In this document: positions 28,751-39,426 of the stretch, piece after piece
Layout of the letters: the number at the start of each line of letters is the position of its first letter
Position numbering within the stretch: the first letter of the stretch is position 1
Virus record (IMG/VR): IMGVR_UViG_3300012006_000003
Location: 96 to 64,095 of that record
Origin: a virus
Lineage: Duplodnaviria; Caudoviricetes
Direction: 5' to 3' (one strand)
DNA length: 64,000 nucleotides
The notes under the pieces: generated by a model
The model's database searches: none
What the model was told of the DNA's origin: nothing
The model's input: the letters and a program-made list of their open reading frames with translations, nothing else
Position numbers and translations under genes: made by a program

Positions 28751-31258
28751 TTATAAGTATTCTAATTCTCCTCCATTAGCCATGAAGTCGTCTATCTCTT
28801 CTTGAGTCATGTATTGAATATCCTCATCTTCATCTTCAGTGTTACCACCCATAGCATAAACACCACCACCATATCTTGAAACATCTTTAAATCCAGTATC
28901 ATCAGGTCTAAAATTACCAGCTTGATCATAATCACCTCTATCATCTTCATTACTAATACCAAAATTAGATTCAGCTGACTTTAAATTATTTATCATTTGA
29001 TTCTCTTGTTTTTTAGCATTAATTTGATTTGCTTGATCTGCAATACCTTTTACTAAATATGAACCGCCTGTAAGATTAGCACCTAGATTGCTTCTATCTT
29101 TTTTAACTTGAAAATCTTGTGAGTATGCATCATCTTCTTTTTTAATTGTAGTATTACCTGGCTGCATACTTTCAGGTACTGTAGCTTGAATTTGATTACC
29201 AGTTACATCTTTTGTAGGGGCTTTATCAAAATAACCTTGAAGATTACTAATACTCATATTATTAGCATTAGGGTCAAAACCTACTTCAGTACCTATTTGT
29301 GCTCTATATAATTCAGGAATAGAAACATCTCCACCATAAGCATATTCTGTATAATCTACAGGGCCTCCATATTCTTTAAGTTTTTCTGGATGTTCAAATA
29401 GATAATGATGACCATATGTATTAGGATTTAATCCCATAGTATACATTTTTTCAGCTTTGTCCTTAGAATATTGAATAGTACCTTCAGGTTGTTGTTGAGA
29501 CCAGAACTCTTCATTTCTTCCATTACTAAAAGCTGGATATTTATTTTGAAATTCTTTAGCACCTCTATCACTACCATAATTATAATTCATGGCTTTTTGT
29601 CTTCTTTCCTCTTTTTCTTTAGCTAATTCTTCATGTGCTTTATCAAAACCTGTCTTAAAGTCAGTTTTAGTTGATTCTTCTTTAGGCATTGATTTTATTG
29701 CAGGAGTTTGTATTTGAACATTTTGTACAGTAGGTGTACCTGTTAAAGAAGAAGCCTGGTTAGCTATTGCTTGTGCTTTATTAGCATCACCAAATGGTAC
29801 ATAACCTGGATTACTTTGTTGTATTCTTGCAACTTCTTTAGGATCATTAAATACATCTGCATCTTTATTACCTAAGAATCTATTAAGTTGTGCATCATCT
29901 CTTCTTTCTCTTCTTTGAGCACGTGCATCCATTGGAGGATAATAAGGCATATCACTTGCTTGTGCTGCAGCAGGAGTTGTAGGTTGTGCACCTTGAGGTA
30001 CTTCAGGTACCATTCCTGACCTAGTCATACGTGCACCCAATTGCTTTATACCAGGAATACCAGATCTCATCATCATATCTGCAACAGGTTGTCTATTACC
30101 TTTTCTGTCTTGAGCAGCGTATTTAGCATCAAGTGCTTTTGCTTCATCTTCAGTAGGCATTTTAATTTGTGGTGTAGTACCCGCTGCTGTTGCATTTGGA
30201 TTACCATAATTTACAGTATATGCTTTTGGTCTACCTAATAATCCTCTTTTAGTTACATCAACACTTGTTACTTGTCTACCTGCAAGATTAGGATTAACTG
30301 CTGCTTGACCTGTAGCAGTATAGTAAGGAGAGTTAACTGCTTGAGTATATTGTCTACCTGATCTTTTAGGCATTTTGAAACCACCTTCAGCATATTCATT
30401 ATAATCTATATCACCATCTTGATATTCTTCATTAACAGATTCATTATCTCCACCACCAATGAATTTATATAAACCGGAATCAGTATCTGTAAACCCACCA
30501 AATTGTTCTCTATTAAAATCTATATTTGTACCTACTTGTGGATTATCAAATATATCATGTATACCAGTCGCATATGCACCAATGTGATGCATTAGATTTT
30601 CTGGATCTGGTTGATTTTCTTGAACACCTCCATTTTGGTATCTACCATACTGAGCTTCAGCTGCTTGTTTTAATGCTGCTTCATTAGCTGTATTTTTAAC
30701 TGCACCTAAGAATCCTTTTACATGTGATTCTCTACCATTAAGTACATCATCTGCACCTGGAGAAGGTGTATCACCACCCTGACCCATTTTAGCAAACTTA
30801 GTATACTCTTTAATAAAACTTCTTTTACTAAGTTTAGAACCACCTTGTTTCATATAGTTAGCTTCATCTTCTGGAGTATCTTCAGTAGTTGACATATCTA
30901 TATCAGTATTATACATAGCTGCAAGTTGTTGCTGTCTTGCTTCTTCCTCAGCTGCTTCTTGTTCTTCAAGTAAAGCTTGTTCTTCTTCTTGTGCTCTTGC
31001 TTGTTCTTCTGCTGCAAGTTGTTGTTCTTCAACAGATACAGTATTTTCATTTAAACCAAGATCATTACTAACACTTGTTATATAATCATCAGCAACGTCT
31101 TCATCAATACCAGCACCAGCTAAGTCATCTCTTAATGTATCAGTATCACCGTCATAATCATCAGCTGACATCTTTTGTGTAAGATATGCTTCAATCTGTT
31201 CTTGAGTAGGTTGGTTAGTTTGCCCACCTGGTTTATATACTCTTACTCTCTTTTTCAT
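28751..31258 (-). CDS. Low-complexity internal virion protein with many xxxGG motifs
   Basis: 835 aa; acidic and likely disordered; about 12 xxxGG motifs (YKPGG, MKQGG, YQNGG, YAEGG, YAYGG, YAMGG, MANGG...). Confidence 0.55.
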   Translation of the reverse strand: MKKRVRVYKPGGQTNQPTQEQIEAYLTQKMSADDYDGDTDTLRDDLAGAGIDEDVADDYITSVSNDLGLNENTVSVEEQQLAAEEQARAQEEEQALLEEQEAAEEEARQQQLAAMYNTDIDMSTTEDTPEDEANYMKQGGSKLSKRSFIKEYTKFAKMGQGGDTPSPGADDVLNGRESHVKGFLGAVKNTANEAALKQAAEAQYGRYQNGGVQENQPDPENLMHHIGAYATGIHDIFDNPQVGTNIDFNREQFGGFTDTDSGLYKFIGGGDNESVNEEYQDGDIDYNEYAEGGFKMPKRSGRQYTQAVNSPYYTATGQAAVNPNLAGRQVTSVDVTKRGLLGRPKAYTVNYGNPNATAAGTTPQIKMPTEDEAKALDAKYAAQDRKGNRQPVADMMMRSGIPGIKQLGARMTRSGMVPEVPQGAQPTTPAAAQASDMPYYPPMDARAQRRERRDDAQLNRFLGNKDADVFNDPKEVARIQQSNPGYVPFGDANKAQAIANQASSLTGTPTVQNVQIQTPAIKSMPKEESTKTDFKTGFDKAHEELAKEKEERRQKAMNYNYGSDRGAKEFQNKYPAFSNGRNEEFWSQQQPEGTIQYSKDKAEKMYTMGLNPNTYGHHYLFEHPEKLKEYGGPVDYTEYAYGGDVSIPELYRAQIGTEVGFDPNANNMSISNLQGYFDKAPTKDVTGNQIQATVPESMQPGNTTIKKEDDAYSQDFQVKKDRSNLGANLTGGSYLVKGIADQANQINAKKQENQMINNLKSAESNFGISNEDDRGDYDQAGNFRPDDTGFKDVSRYGGGVYAMGGNTEDEDEDIQYMTQEEIDDFMANGGELEYL

Positions 31259-31276
31259 ATAATGTGTAATATATAT

Positions 31277-31284
31277 TAAATATA
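31277..31284 (-). promoter_or_regulatory. Candidate promoter motif (TATATTTA)
   Basis: In the 60-nt gap upstream of the 31258 gene. Confidence 0.35.
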
Positions 31285-31318
31285 ATAAATTTTGGTTTAC
31301 TCAATAAACATTAAAAGT

Positions 31319-34141
31319 TTAATCAAGTTCTTCAACAGTATATCCTGCTTTTCTTAATAATGCTATAGTATGTTCATCTAATTCATCTTCCCAAACTTCT
31401 TCTATTGTACCACCTTGTTTTAAATTTCCTTTTATAGCTTCACCTGTTGCTCCTATAATATTAGGAATAAACCCTTCTTTTAAATATTCAGATGGTGCCC
31501 CCATTGCATCTGTAGCACCTTTCATTATTGCCTCTGTTCTTGTAGGAAGATCTACATAGTCATTAGGATCACCATTTTCTAAACGTATTTGATCAGCAAC
31601 ATCTTGATCTTTTACATAACTCATAGGATCATAAGTAGATCCAGCAATTGCACCAGCACCAATACCAGTTGTTAAAGCAGCAGCACCAAATTTTTCTCCT
31701 GCTTTTTGTAAACCTGCACCAGTAGTAGCCCATTGAAACTTATTGTTCATAAGCTTTTCTTTATCAATAGGTACATATCTATTTGAAAAAGGTAACCTTC
31801 TATTCAATGATACGCCAGCATCTGTTAAAGGTACTTGCTTTACACTAGTACCCCAGTTATTTTGAATTGGATATGATGCATTACCTTTTCTAAAATTCCT
31901 ACCTATAAAACCTTGTTGATTAGCAGAACCTAAACCTATTTTAGAACCATCTACTGAACCATCTATTTTAGCTGAGTATATATCTGATGCATTTGTTTTA
32001 CCTACTTTTGTTGTTAAATCAGCATCTGGACCTTTTTTAACTAATCCTTTGGCTTTATTGAATAATGATTTAGATTCTACTAGTTTACCATTTTCAATTG
32101 AGTTACCTATTACATTACCTAATGGTTTAATTGCACCTTCTAATTTTTTACCATAACCTGGAACCCAGTTTAATGGACTAATTCTATTCATTGCTTTATT
32201 TAAAAAAGGCATGTAAGATTTATCAGCAATATTTGCTATTACTTTATTCTTAGGACCAATAGCACCTTGAATAAGTTCAGGAGAGAAACCTGCATTTAAA
32301 TTACCTCCTCCTGTACTTGGTGCACTAGGAACATTAGGAGCTTTTTCAGGTATAAATTTAGCTAACTTACCTTCTGCTTTATTAAGTAAATTTGCACTTC
32401 CTTTTACAAGACCGCTTGCTGTTTTAAGACCTTTTAATCCAAGTAATCCTAATCCCATTTCAGTTACACCAGATGCCACATTTCCTTTATTTATTTCATT
32501 TCTTGAATGTGCTCCCCAGTTTCCAGGATTAAAAGTATTAAATACATCATTGACACCTAAGCCTCTTGTTTGTTTAGTTGCTGCCAACCATTTATCATAG
32601 TCAGGACTTTCTGTATTCATTAAACCTTCATGCATACCTGGTACATAAGCTTGATCACCCGATATAGCATTAGCAGCCATTAACAATGGTTGAGATAATG
32701 CAGCTTGAGTTCTATCTACAAATTTTTCCATTGTAGATGCTTTGTTATATTTTTTCCACTGCTCTCTTTCAAATGCAGCTTGAGCATCTTTTTTAGCTTT
32801 TTCTTGAGCTTTATATTCTGCTGAGTTTAATATTGCAGTATTTTTTATATCACTTACTGCTTGCTTAGGAGTTACAGTACGTGTATTATCACTTACTTGA
32901 GTTTTAGGCACACCCTTCATTAACTCAATTTCTTTTTGTTTAGCAGCAGCTTGTTGTTTTTTCTGTTCTTGTAATTTATAAAACTGTTCTAATTTTTTAG
33001 CATTGGCTACTGAAGGTGAAGTATCTGTTTTTTTAACTTTTGCTTTAGGACTTGATGGACCTTGTAAACCAAACTTAGGACCAGAATATGTTTCTAAACC
33101 ACCTTGAGCTTTAACTAATTCATGTTGTATATAACCTCCTATTTCATGTTCAGGTAATTCTTCTACTATATAACCTCCATCTCTATATGCTTGTATTTCT
33201 TCATCAGTAAGATCCATGTATTCATCTTCATTCTCTCCACCTTCTTGAAAGCTATATGTTAGTCCTGCTTGTACACCTGGCTTAAATAGTTTTCCTGGTA
33301 CCATAGTATTATTAACTCCAGCATTAAAATTAATATGATCACCAAGATTTTTATTATAACCTACACCTGTTGTAAAACTTGGATTAAATTTACTACCTGG
33401 TTCTGTATAATTTTTTAATGTAGCATCAGCATCAAAGTTTTTAAATCTTTTATTATAACCTAATTCTGAATATAGATTACCCATAGCATTTTTATTAAAA
33501 AATGGTAACTCAACATTAGTACTTCCATGTAATCCAGATTTATGTTGAAAGTCAGCACCTAGTCCAATTACTTGTCCTGGTTCTCTATCTTCACTTTGTT
33601 GATTATATGTATATAACCAGGGGTTACTATGTACTCCACCATTTTGTTCAGTTGGTAGATTGTATCCGTAGTTTAATTCATAGTGACTTAATGGATTTGG
33701 ATTAAGATTAATTGGACCTAGTTTAGAACCACCTGACTTAAACTCAGCATTAGGATCAAATATCTTACTCTTCATGTTTTTAAATAACTTATTCTTAGCA
33801 AATAGTTTATTAGTAGCAGACATACTCTTAGAGTACTTCTTACTTTTAAGAGTCCCACCTTTCCTACCAATTTGTGTTTCATCTACATAAGATGCACCTT
33901 TAAAATTATAATTTTTTTCTGGTTCCATTAAGACACCGGGACCTACATTAGGTTGAGCCCACACTGGAGCTTTAACATTATGCATAGTAATCTCATTACC
34001 AGGTACTCTTACTGGTTGTCCTTGATTAGCAGGATTCCAATAACCCATAGGATCAACAGTTATATCTCTTGGCTTTGCCGGTGCTTTTGCTTTACCTAAT
34101 TCTGATACAGCTTTAGATAATACTTTTTTATTGTATGCCAT
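31319..34141 (-). CDS. Modular internal virion protein (xxxGG-separated segments, beta-rich segment, hydrophobic helices)
   Basis: 940 aa; translationally coupled to the muzzle gene (TAATG overlap). Confidence 0.55.
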   Translation of the reverse strand: MAYNKKVLSKAVSELGKAKAPAKPRDITVDPMGYWNPANQGQPVRVPGNEITMHNVKAPVWAQPNVGPGVLMEPEKNYNFKGASYVDETQIGRKGGTLKSKKYSKSMSATNKLFAKNKLFKNMKSKIFDPNAEFKSGGSKLGPINLNPNPLSHYELNYGYNLPTEQNGGVHSNPWLYTYNQQSEDREPGQVIGLGADFQHKSGLHGSTNVELPFFNKNAMGNLYSELGYNKRFKNFDADATLKNYTEPGSKFNPSFTTGVGYNKNLGDHINFNAGVNNTMVPGKLFKPGVQAGLTYSFQEGGENEDEYMDLTDEEIQAYRDGGYIVEELPEHEIGGYIQHELVKAQGGLETYSGPKFGLQGPSSPKAKVKKTDTSPSVANAKKLEQFYKLQEQKKQQAAAKQKEIELMKGVPKTQVSDNTRTVTPKQAVSDIKNTAILNSAEYKAQEKAKKDAQAAFEREQWKKYNKASTMEKFVDRTQAALSQPLLMAANAISGDQAYVPGMHEGLMNTESPDYDKWLAATKQTRGLGVNDVFNTFNPGNWGAHSRNEINKGNVASGVTEMGLGLLGLKGLKTASGLVKGSANLLNKAEGKLAKFIPEKAPNVPSAPSTGGGNLNAGFSPELIQGAIGPKNKVIANIADKSYMPFLNKAMNRISPLNWVPGYGKKLEGAIKPLGNVIGNSIENGKLVESKSLFNKAKGLVKKGPDADLTTKVGKTNASDIYSAKIDGSVDGSKIGLGSANQQGFIGRNFRKGNASYPIQNNWGTSVKQVPLTDAGVSLNRRLPFSNRYVPIDKEKLMNNKFQWATTGAGLQKAGEKFGAAALTTGIGAGAIAGSTYDPMSYVKDQDVADQIRLENGDPNDYVDLPTRTEAIMKGATDAMGAPSEYLKEGFIPNIIGATGEAIKGNLKQGGTIEEVWEDELDEHTIALLRKAGYTVEELD

Positions 34142-37100
34142 TATCTTAGTGATATTTGATTTTTACTATTGCTTAACTTAACTATCATGTTGATATCCTT
34201 AGAATCAATTTTACTCAAAAATAAGAAATTTAAATAGTGTCTAAACTTTTTTCTTTCTAATTGAGGTTTATTATAGTTTAAATTAACAGCATTTAAAGTT
34301 TTAATGTAACCATTTGACTGAGTATTCCATATTACTTCTTGAATATAGTTACCTGCAAGAATAGTAGTACCTGGAAATAGTGGTCCAGTAGGAGGATAAT
34401 TAGAACCTATAGGAAACTCTCCTCTATTTTTAGTTATATCCCAGAACTGGTTAAACCTATATTTGTTTTCTTCTTTACTAAAAAGTATATCAATTGATCC
34501 TGTGTTTATCTTTGGATATGTATTAGCTAGTGTAATATTATTCTTAGGGAATATATTAAGATTCAAGTATCCAGAAACTTGCTCAGTATTATATATTACT
34601 GCTTTATCAAAGTTAAAATCTAATACATGAAATTGATCAACACAATTTAATGTACTATTTTTATAACATTCAAGTATGTATTCCATAGATTTTAAAGTAG
34701 TAACTGTTTGTCCAGTAATTAATGGAATCTCAATCTCAAATGGATATTGTACACCATAAAAGTTACAGTAACTATCACATACATAATTATGTTTCCATAG
34801 TTTACCTCCTTTAGTAGACATAAAGTATTGTCTACCAGGAAACACAAAGTCAGGAGACCAATCATGATGAGAGACCCAATAATCATTTTTAGGGTCAAAA
34901 CTTGTAGTCCAAGATGCATTTTCAAATATAAGGGGATCACCTAAGTCTACTTTAGTAATACCATTAACTAAAAAGTAATTACTATATTCAATATACTCTA
35001 CTCTAGTATTTGCTGGTAAATCTTTTCTTAATTGATAATCTTTTTTAGAGAAATAAATTACACCATTGTAGTTATCATACACGGCTTGTGTACCAATACC
35101 AGCAACAGGATTATCTGTATGTGGATAATTAGGAAAATCTTCAATAAGCTTATAGGGTAAGAATAAACTAAACCACCATTTCATACCTTGTTGAGATATT
35201 TCTTTAAGACCACCTTCAAATGCAAATACTCTTCCTTGATTTTGAGAGATATAATACATACCCGCTGGCGTAGCAATAACACCAAACTTGTTTTGAGATG
35301 AGCCATATTCATATTCAGCATCAGAAATTGTTACATTCTGAGGAGGATTAGCAAATAAACCACCATCACCTATTGTAATCTTAGTACCTAAATCTGTTTC
35401 AAGAGTATCAACACCTTGATAAACTAAAGGACTAGCATTCTGGAATGTAATAAACATACCTGTTTTAGCATATGCTTTTATACTAGTAATTCTATTTTTA
35501 AAATCTTTATAGTTATTTACAAGATATACAAACCATGAATCTTTTGATGATTCATTTTGTTGAGGTAATGAATATATAACTCTATCAGGATAGTAAGTAT
35601 AACATAACTGAGATACAGTAGGATTATAATATCTAGACTGTAAATTACCTTGTGAAAAGTATTGAGTAAACACTTTAGATATACTTAATGAATAGTCATA
35701 TGCATAATAGTTACCCCTTGAAATAGTATCAGGGTTTATATTAAACATTGCATTCAAATTAGTATATGTATATTTATCATAGTGTTGTTCATATACTGCA
35801 GTACCTGGTTGTCTAAAATCTACTAATACATCTGACTCAACAAAGAAATCTCTTACTGATGAGTTAGCTAAATAAAAGTATGAATCTTTAGCACCAAATA
35901 TTCCAGGATATGTATCTGGATTAGGAGGATCATTGTCTGGTGTATCAGTTGCATAATTATATTTTCTACTACTATTTATATAATAATCTAAATTATAGTA
36001 ATCTGTTGGTCTTGGGCCTGCACCTGGGCTAGGATTTACAAAATCTGATGGTGATAATTGTCCGGCATCATATGTTTGACTGTTTGCCCAGAATCTTGGT
36101 TCAGCAATCATACTTCTTAAAATGTAGTTATACTCATATCCATCTGGTTGACCATATAACCAATCATAGAAGAAGAACATGTTATTCTTTTCAGTGTATC
36201 TATTAACATAAGTATCACCTCCAAAGAATACTGGAGTCTGATTAATTACATTTAATGGTACTAGAACAGCTCTATTACCGGCAGGTGTATTTATATTACA
36301 CCAAAATGAGCGCACTAAAACAGGTATATTCTCTCCATTATAATTTAACTTTTGCTCTGATGGAGTAATTGGTATTTGTTTAATAGAATCAAGTTGACCA
36401 TACTGGTTTCTTAATCTTACTTTTATACCACCATAGTGACTTGTAATAGGTAAGTTAAATGAATTACTTTTATTATTAGTCATATCTACAGGAAGGTTGT
36501 TACCTACCTGTATAGCTGTACCCAAAGTTACTAAAGATTTATCTGCTGTAGGACCTGTAATAAAAGCAGGACCATTATCAACTTTAACTGTACTACCTGA
36601 TTGTGTTCTTAATGTAACTGTTGTTTGTCTTTTAAGATTATTAATTATATAATTTATACCACTAAAAGGTTTTACATTTTGAATATTATTTTTTAAGTAA
36701 AAACTATCATCAATAGTAAATCTTTGTATTTGTGATAAATTAGGTGCATTAAAATTACTATAGAAACCTTCAGCTATTGCCTGCAAAGCATATTGTCTAT
36801 AAGGTAAAGCTGCGTAAATTAATCTTGCTGTTGTAGAAGCACCTTCTAAAAAATAAGATAAACCTAGAGGTATACCATATGCAAGACCTAATAAACCAGT
36901 ATAAGCAAGTTTAGGTACTTCTCTTTGATATTCATTTGTTATACCTAATGTTGCATTACTTGGAGCTACAAGATTTACTGCTGAAATATATGTACCATTT
37001 ATTGTAGATAATATTGGATTAAGACCAAAAGTAAAGGCATCACCAATTGCACCACTACCTACTAGATAAGTTTTCATTGCAGTATTATAAGCTGCTTGAG

Positions 37101-39414
37101 CAAGTCCTGTAGCAGTAGAACCAACAGTTGCAGCAGCATATGCTACACCAAGTGAGTCACTGGCACCTGATCCTGTAGCAGGTTTACCAAGTGTAGTTGT
37201 CATTTTACCTACATTCTGTATAACAAGTTCAATGATACCGCCAATGAACATTGCAAATAGTGCAATATCAGCTATTAATTTAAAGTTAGGATGTTGATCC
37301 GGTTCTTGAAAGTATTGTACTGATGTACCAGATAGTGAACCATATAGTTTTAACTCAGTAATAGATAAGTATGGATTTCTAAAATTAGTATCAGGAGAAT
37401 GAAAAGTTGTCATATTAAGTGGCACACTTTGATCTACAATTCTAGTAAAAGGAAATGTACCATCTGTTATTCTAATATAAGGATCATTTTGACCAGCTAC
37501 AGCTCCACCTAATGATGCTGACAATGGTTCAATAGTATTAAAAGGATAGTTAGGATATAATCCAATTCTCCCTTGAGCACTATTACCTTTAATTTTATAA
37601 GTACGCATGTTATTAAGCATACCTTTAGCTATGATAGATCTATTACCTTCTCTTGAACCTCTTAGTATTTCATAACCTACTATTCCTGGTATATCAAAAC
37701 CATCATTATCTTTTGGTAAAATAATATTCACAAAGTTAACACCCATCAGTCTAATTGCTTGACCTCCTTGTGCATAATGATTAGTTAAATCAGAACCATT
37801 AGTTATATTATCAGGAAACTTGTGATGTCTTATTGGTTTACCACATAAGTCAAACTGAGGATCAGTTGTTCCTGTCCAACAATGAGATGATGCATTCCAT
37901 ACTTCATCTTTATTATCTGGATACTTTTCAGTAGATTCCCAGTAACCCATAGTACCTTGAGCCTTTATTATACCCCCGTCTGGTAAAGTTCCAGATGCAG
38001 CATTTGCTGTAGCTGTATTATATATTTCAAATACTCTATCATCTGTATTAATTGCATTTTGATCACTTAAAGGTGATGTTTCAGGTAATGTACCTCCACC
38101 TGGAACATTAAAGTCTACTGGAGCTCTACCTGGTATATGATATGATGCAGACTTATCACCTGTATTATATATCCATCTTATAAAGAATGTATATACTTCA
38201 TCTCTTAAGTAACTAGTATTACTTCCCCCTTGTACATAATAATCTGCAGGATACTCAACAGAAACCCATTGAGCTTGTATTTGATTAGCTAAAGGCTGAT
38301 AGTTAAAATCAAACTTAGACCTTGGAGCTATTCTTAATAGATAATTATTAACCTCAGTAATTTGATCTGATGTTTCATACACAGCATTTCTCAAAGGTAT
38401 TTGCTCAATAGGAACAGCTATTAAATCAGTTTTAATCTGATCAAGATGTATTACTGAAGTCTTAGTAGAATATAAACCAATTCTTTTTGCTACTGCACCT
38501 TGGTTAATAATCTGTACTATTACTAATTCAAATTCATCAAAATTAGTTGAGTCAGCTGTAATAAGAATATCTATAGCTCCTTGTGAGTTATCAACACTCC
38601 AGATAGGTTGTGTATTACTTGGTGAAAAATAATCTGTAACTTTTTGTCCTTTTATAGTATATGCAATAGTAGCAAAGTAAGACCCATTTAATAATACCCC
38701 ACCACCAACTCCTGGTTTAACCTGAATTGTCGGTGTTTGCATTAAACGTGCAAGTCTTATATCTTCACAATTTAATGTAGTTAAGTCAGTACATATTATA
38801 CAATCATTAATTGTTTGACAGTTCTGATTCCATGCTACACCTGGCCATTGTAATGTAGCTGATGTACCATTACTATATGTATTATTTCCAATCCATTGAT
38901 ATGTATCTCCTGGCCATAATGCATTATCACCAATGTTTAAATATCTATCTGGATTATTTCCATCAGCAAAGTATACAGCCCAAGAGCAATCTTCTTTTTC
39001 TCTTGATGCTCCTGTTATTAAATATCTTTTGTCAAAGTTTAAACAAGCATCTTGTACAATAATTCTATACTTACAAGTATCTTCTTCATATAATCCTATT
39101 TCATGTCCTGTAGGTAAACCTATACCATTAGACGGATAAGCCACTGTAAATATTATCCATTTATCAGAATATAAATGTATTGTACCTATAATATATTTTT
39201 TACCAGATAGTGTTGCACCTGCTTCACCACATAAGACATTAGATACTTCATTAGATAAAGTACCTATGTTACCTTCAATAGTATTGTTCACAGCATTACG
39301 TGCATGTGTCCACATACCTTCAGCAATGAATGTAGGATCAGAATCTTTATTTAATCCTTTTACAAAGGTGTTTGTTTTATTTTGACTAGTATCTTGTATA
39401 TTTTTCTTTGCCAT
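34141..39414 (-). CDS. Tail muzzle / tail stabilization protein (P22 gp10-like, crAss-like)
   Basis: 1757 aa, beta-rich; N-terminal FVKGLNKDSDP..W.HARNA, YFADGNNPDRYLN, FFGGDTYVNR and WVSHHDW motifs; follows the ring-protein genes. Confidence 0.75.
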   Translation of the reverse strand: MAKKNIQDTSQNKTNTFVKGLNKDSDPTFIAEGMWTHARNAVNNTIEGNIGTLSNEVSNVLCGEAGATLSGKKYIIGTIHLYSDKWIIFTVAYPSNGIGLPTGHEIGLYEEDTCKYRIIVQDACLNFDKRYLITGASREKEDCSWAVYFADGNNPDRYLNIGDNALWPGDTYQWIGNNTYSNGTSATLQWPGVAWNQNCQTINDCIICTDLTTLNCEDIRLARLMQTPTIQVKPGVGGGVLLNGSYFATIAYTIKGQKVTDYFSPSNTQPIWSVDNSQGAIDILITADSTNFDEFELVIVQIINQGAVAKRIGLYSTKTSVIHLDQIKTDLIAVPIEQIPLRNAVYETSDQITEVNNYLLRIAPRSKFDFNYQPLANQIQAQWVSVEYPADYYVQGGSNTSYLRDEVYTFFIRWIYNTGDKSASYHIPGRAPVDFNVPGGGTLPETSPLSDQNAINTDDRVFEIYNTATANAASGTLPDGGIIKAQGTMGYWESTEKYPDNKDEVWNASSHCWTGTTDPQFDLCGKPIRHHKFPDNITNGSDLTNHYAQGGQAIRLMGVNFVNIILPKDNDGFDIPGIVGYEILRGSREGNRSIIAKGMLNNMRTYKIKGNSAQGRIGLYPNYPFNTIEPLSASLGGAVAGQNDPYIRITDGTFPFTRIVDQSVPLNMTTFHSPDTNFRNPYLSITELKLYGSLSGTSVQYFQEPDQHPNFKLIADIALFAMFIGGIIELVIQNVGKMTTTLGKPATGSGASDSLGVAYAAATVGSTATGLAQAAYNTAMKTYLVGSGAIGDAFTFGLNPILSTINGTYISAVNLVAPSNATLGITNEYQREVPKLAYTGLLGLAYGIPLGLSYFLEGASTTARLIYAALPYRQYALQAIAEGFYSNFNAPNLSQIQRFTIDDSFYLKNNIQNVKPFSGINYIINNLKRQTTVTLRTQSGSTVKVDNGPAFITGPTADKSLVTLGTAIQVGNNLPVDMTNNKSNSFNLPITSHYGGIKVRLRNQYGQLDSIKQIPITPSEQKLNYNGENIPVLVRSFWCNINTPAGNRAVLVPLNVINQTPVFFGGDTYVNRYTEKNNMFFFYDWLYGQPDGYEYNYILRSMIAEPRFWANSQTYDAGQLSPSDFVNPSPGAGPRPTDYYNLDYYINSSRKYNYATDTPDNDPPNPDTYPGIFGAKDSYFYLANSSVRDFFVESDVLVDFRQPGTAVYEQHYDKYTYTNLNAMFNINPDTISRGNYYAYDYSLSISKVFTQYFSQGNLQSRYYNPTVSQLCYTYYPDRVIYSLPQQNESSKDSWFVYLVNNYKDFKNRITSIKAYAKTGMFITFQNASPLVYQGVDTLETDLGTKITIGDGGLFANPPQNVTISDAEYEYGSSQNKFGVIATPAGMYYISQNQGRVFAFEGGLKEISQQGMKWWFSLFLPYKLIEDFPNYPHTDNPVAGIGTQAVYDNYNGVIYFSKKDYQLRKDLPANTRVEYIEYSNYFLVNGITKVDLGDPLIFENASWTTSFDPKNDYWVSHHDWSPDFVFPGRQYFMSTKGGKLWKHNYVCDSYCNFYGVQYPFEIEIPLITGQTVTTLKSMEYILECYKNSTLNCVDQFHVLDFNFDKAVIYNTEQVSGYLNLNIFPKNNITLANTYPKINTGSIDILFSKEENKYRFNQFWDITKNRGEFPIGSNYPPTGPLFPGTTILAGNYIQEVIWNTQSNGYIKTLNAVNLNYNKPQLERKKFRHYLNFLFLSKIDSKDINMIVKLSNSKNQISLR

Positions 39415-39426
39415 AATGTAAAAGTA

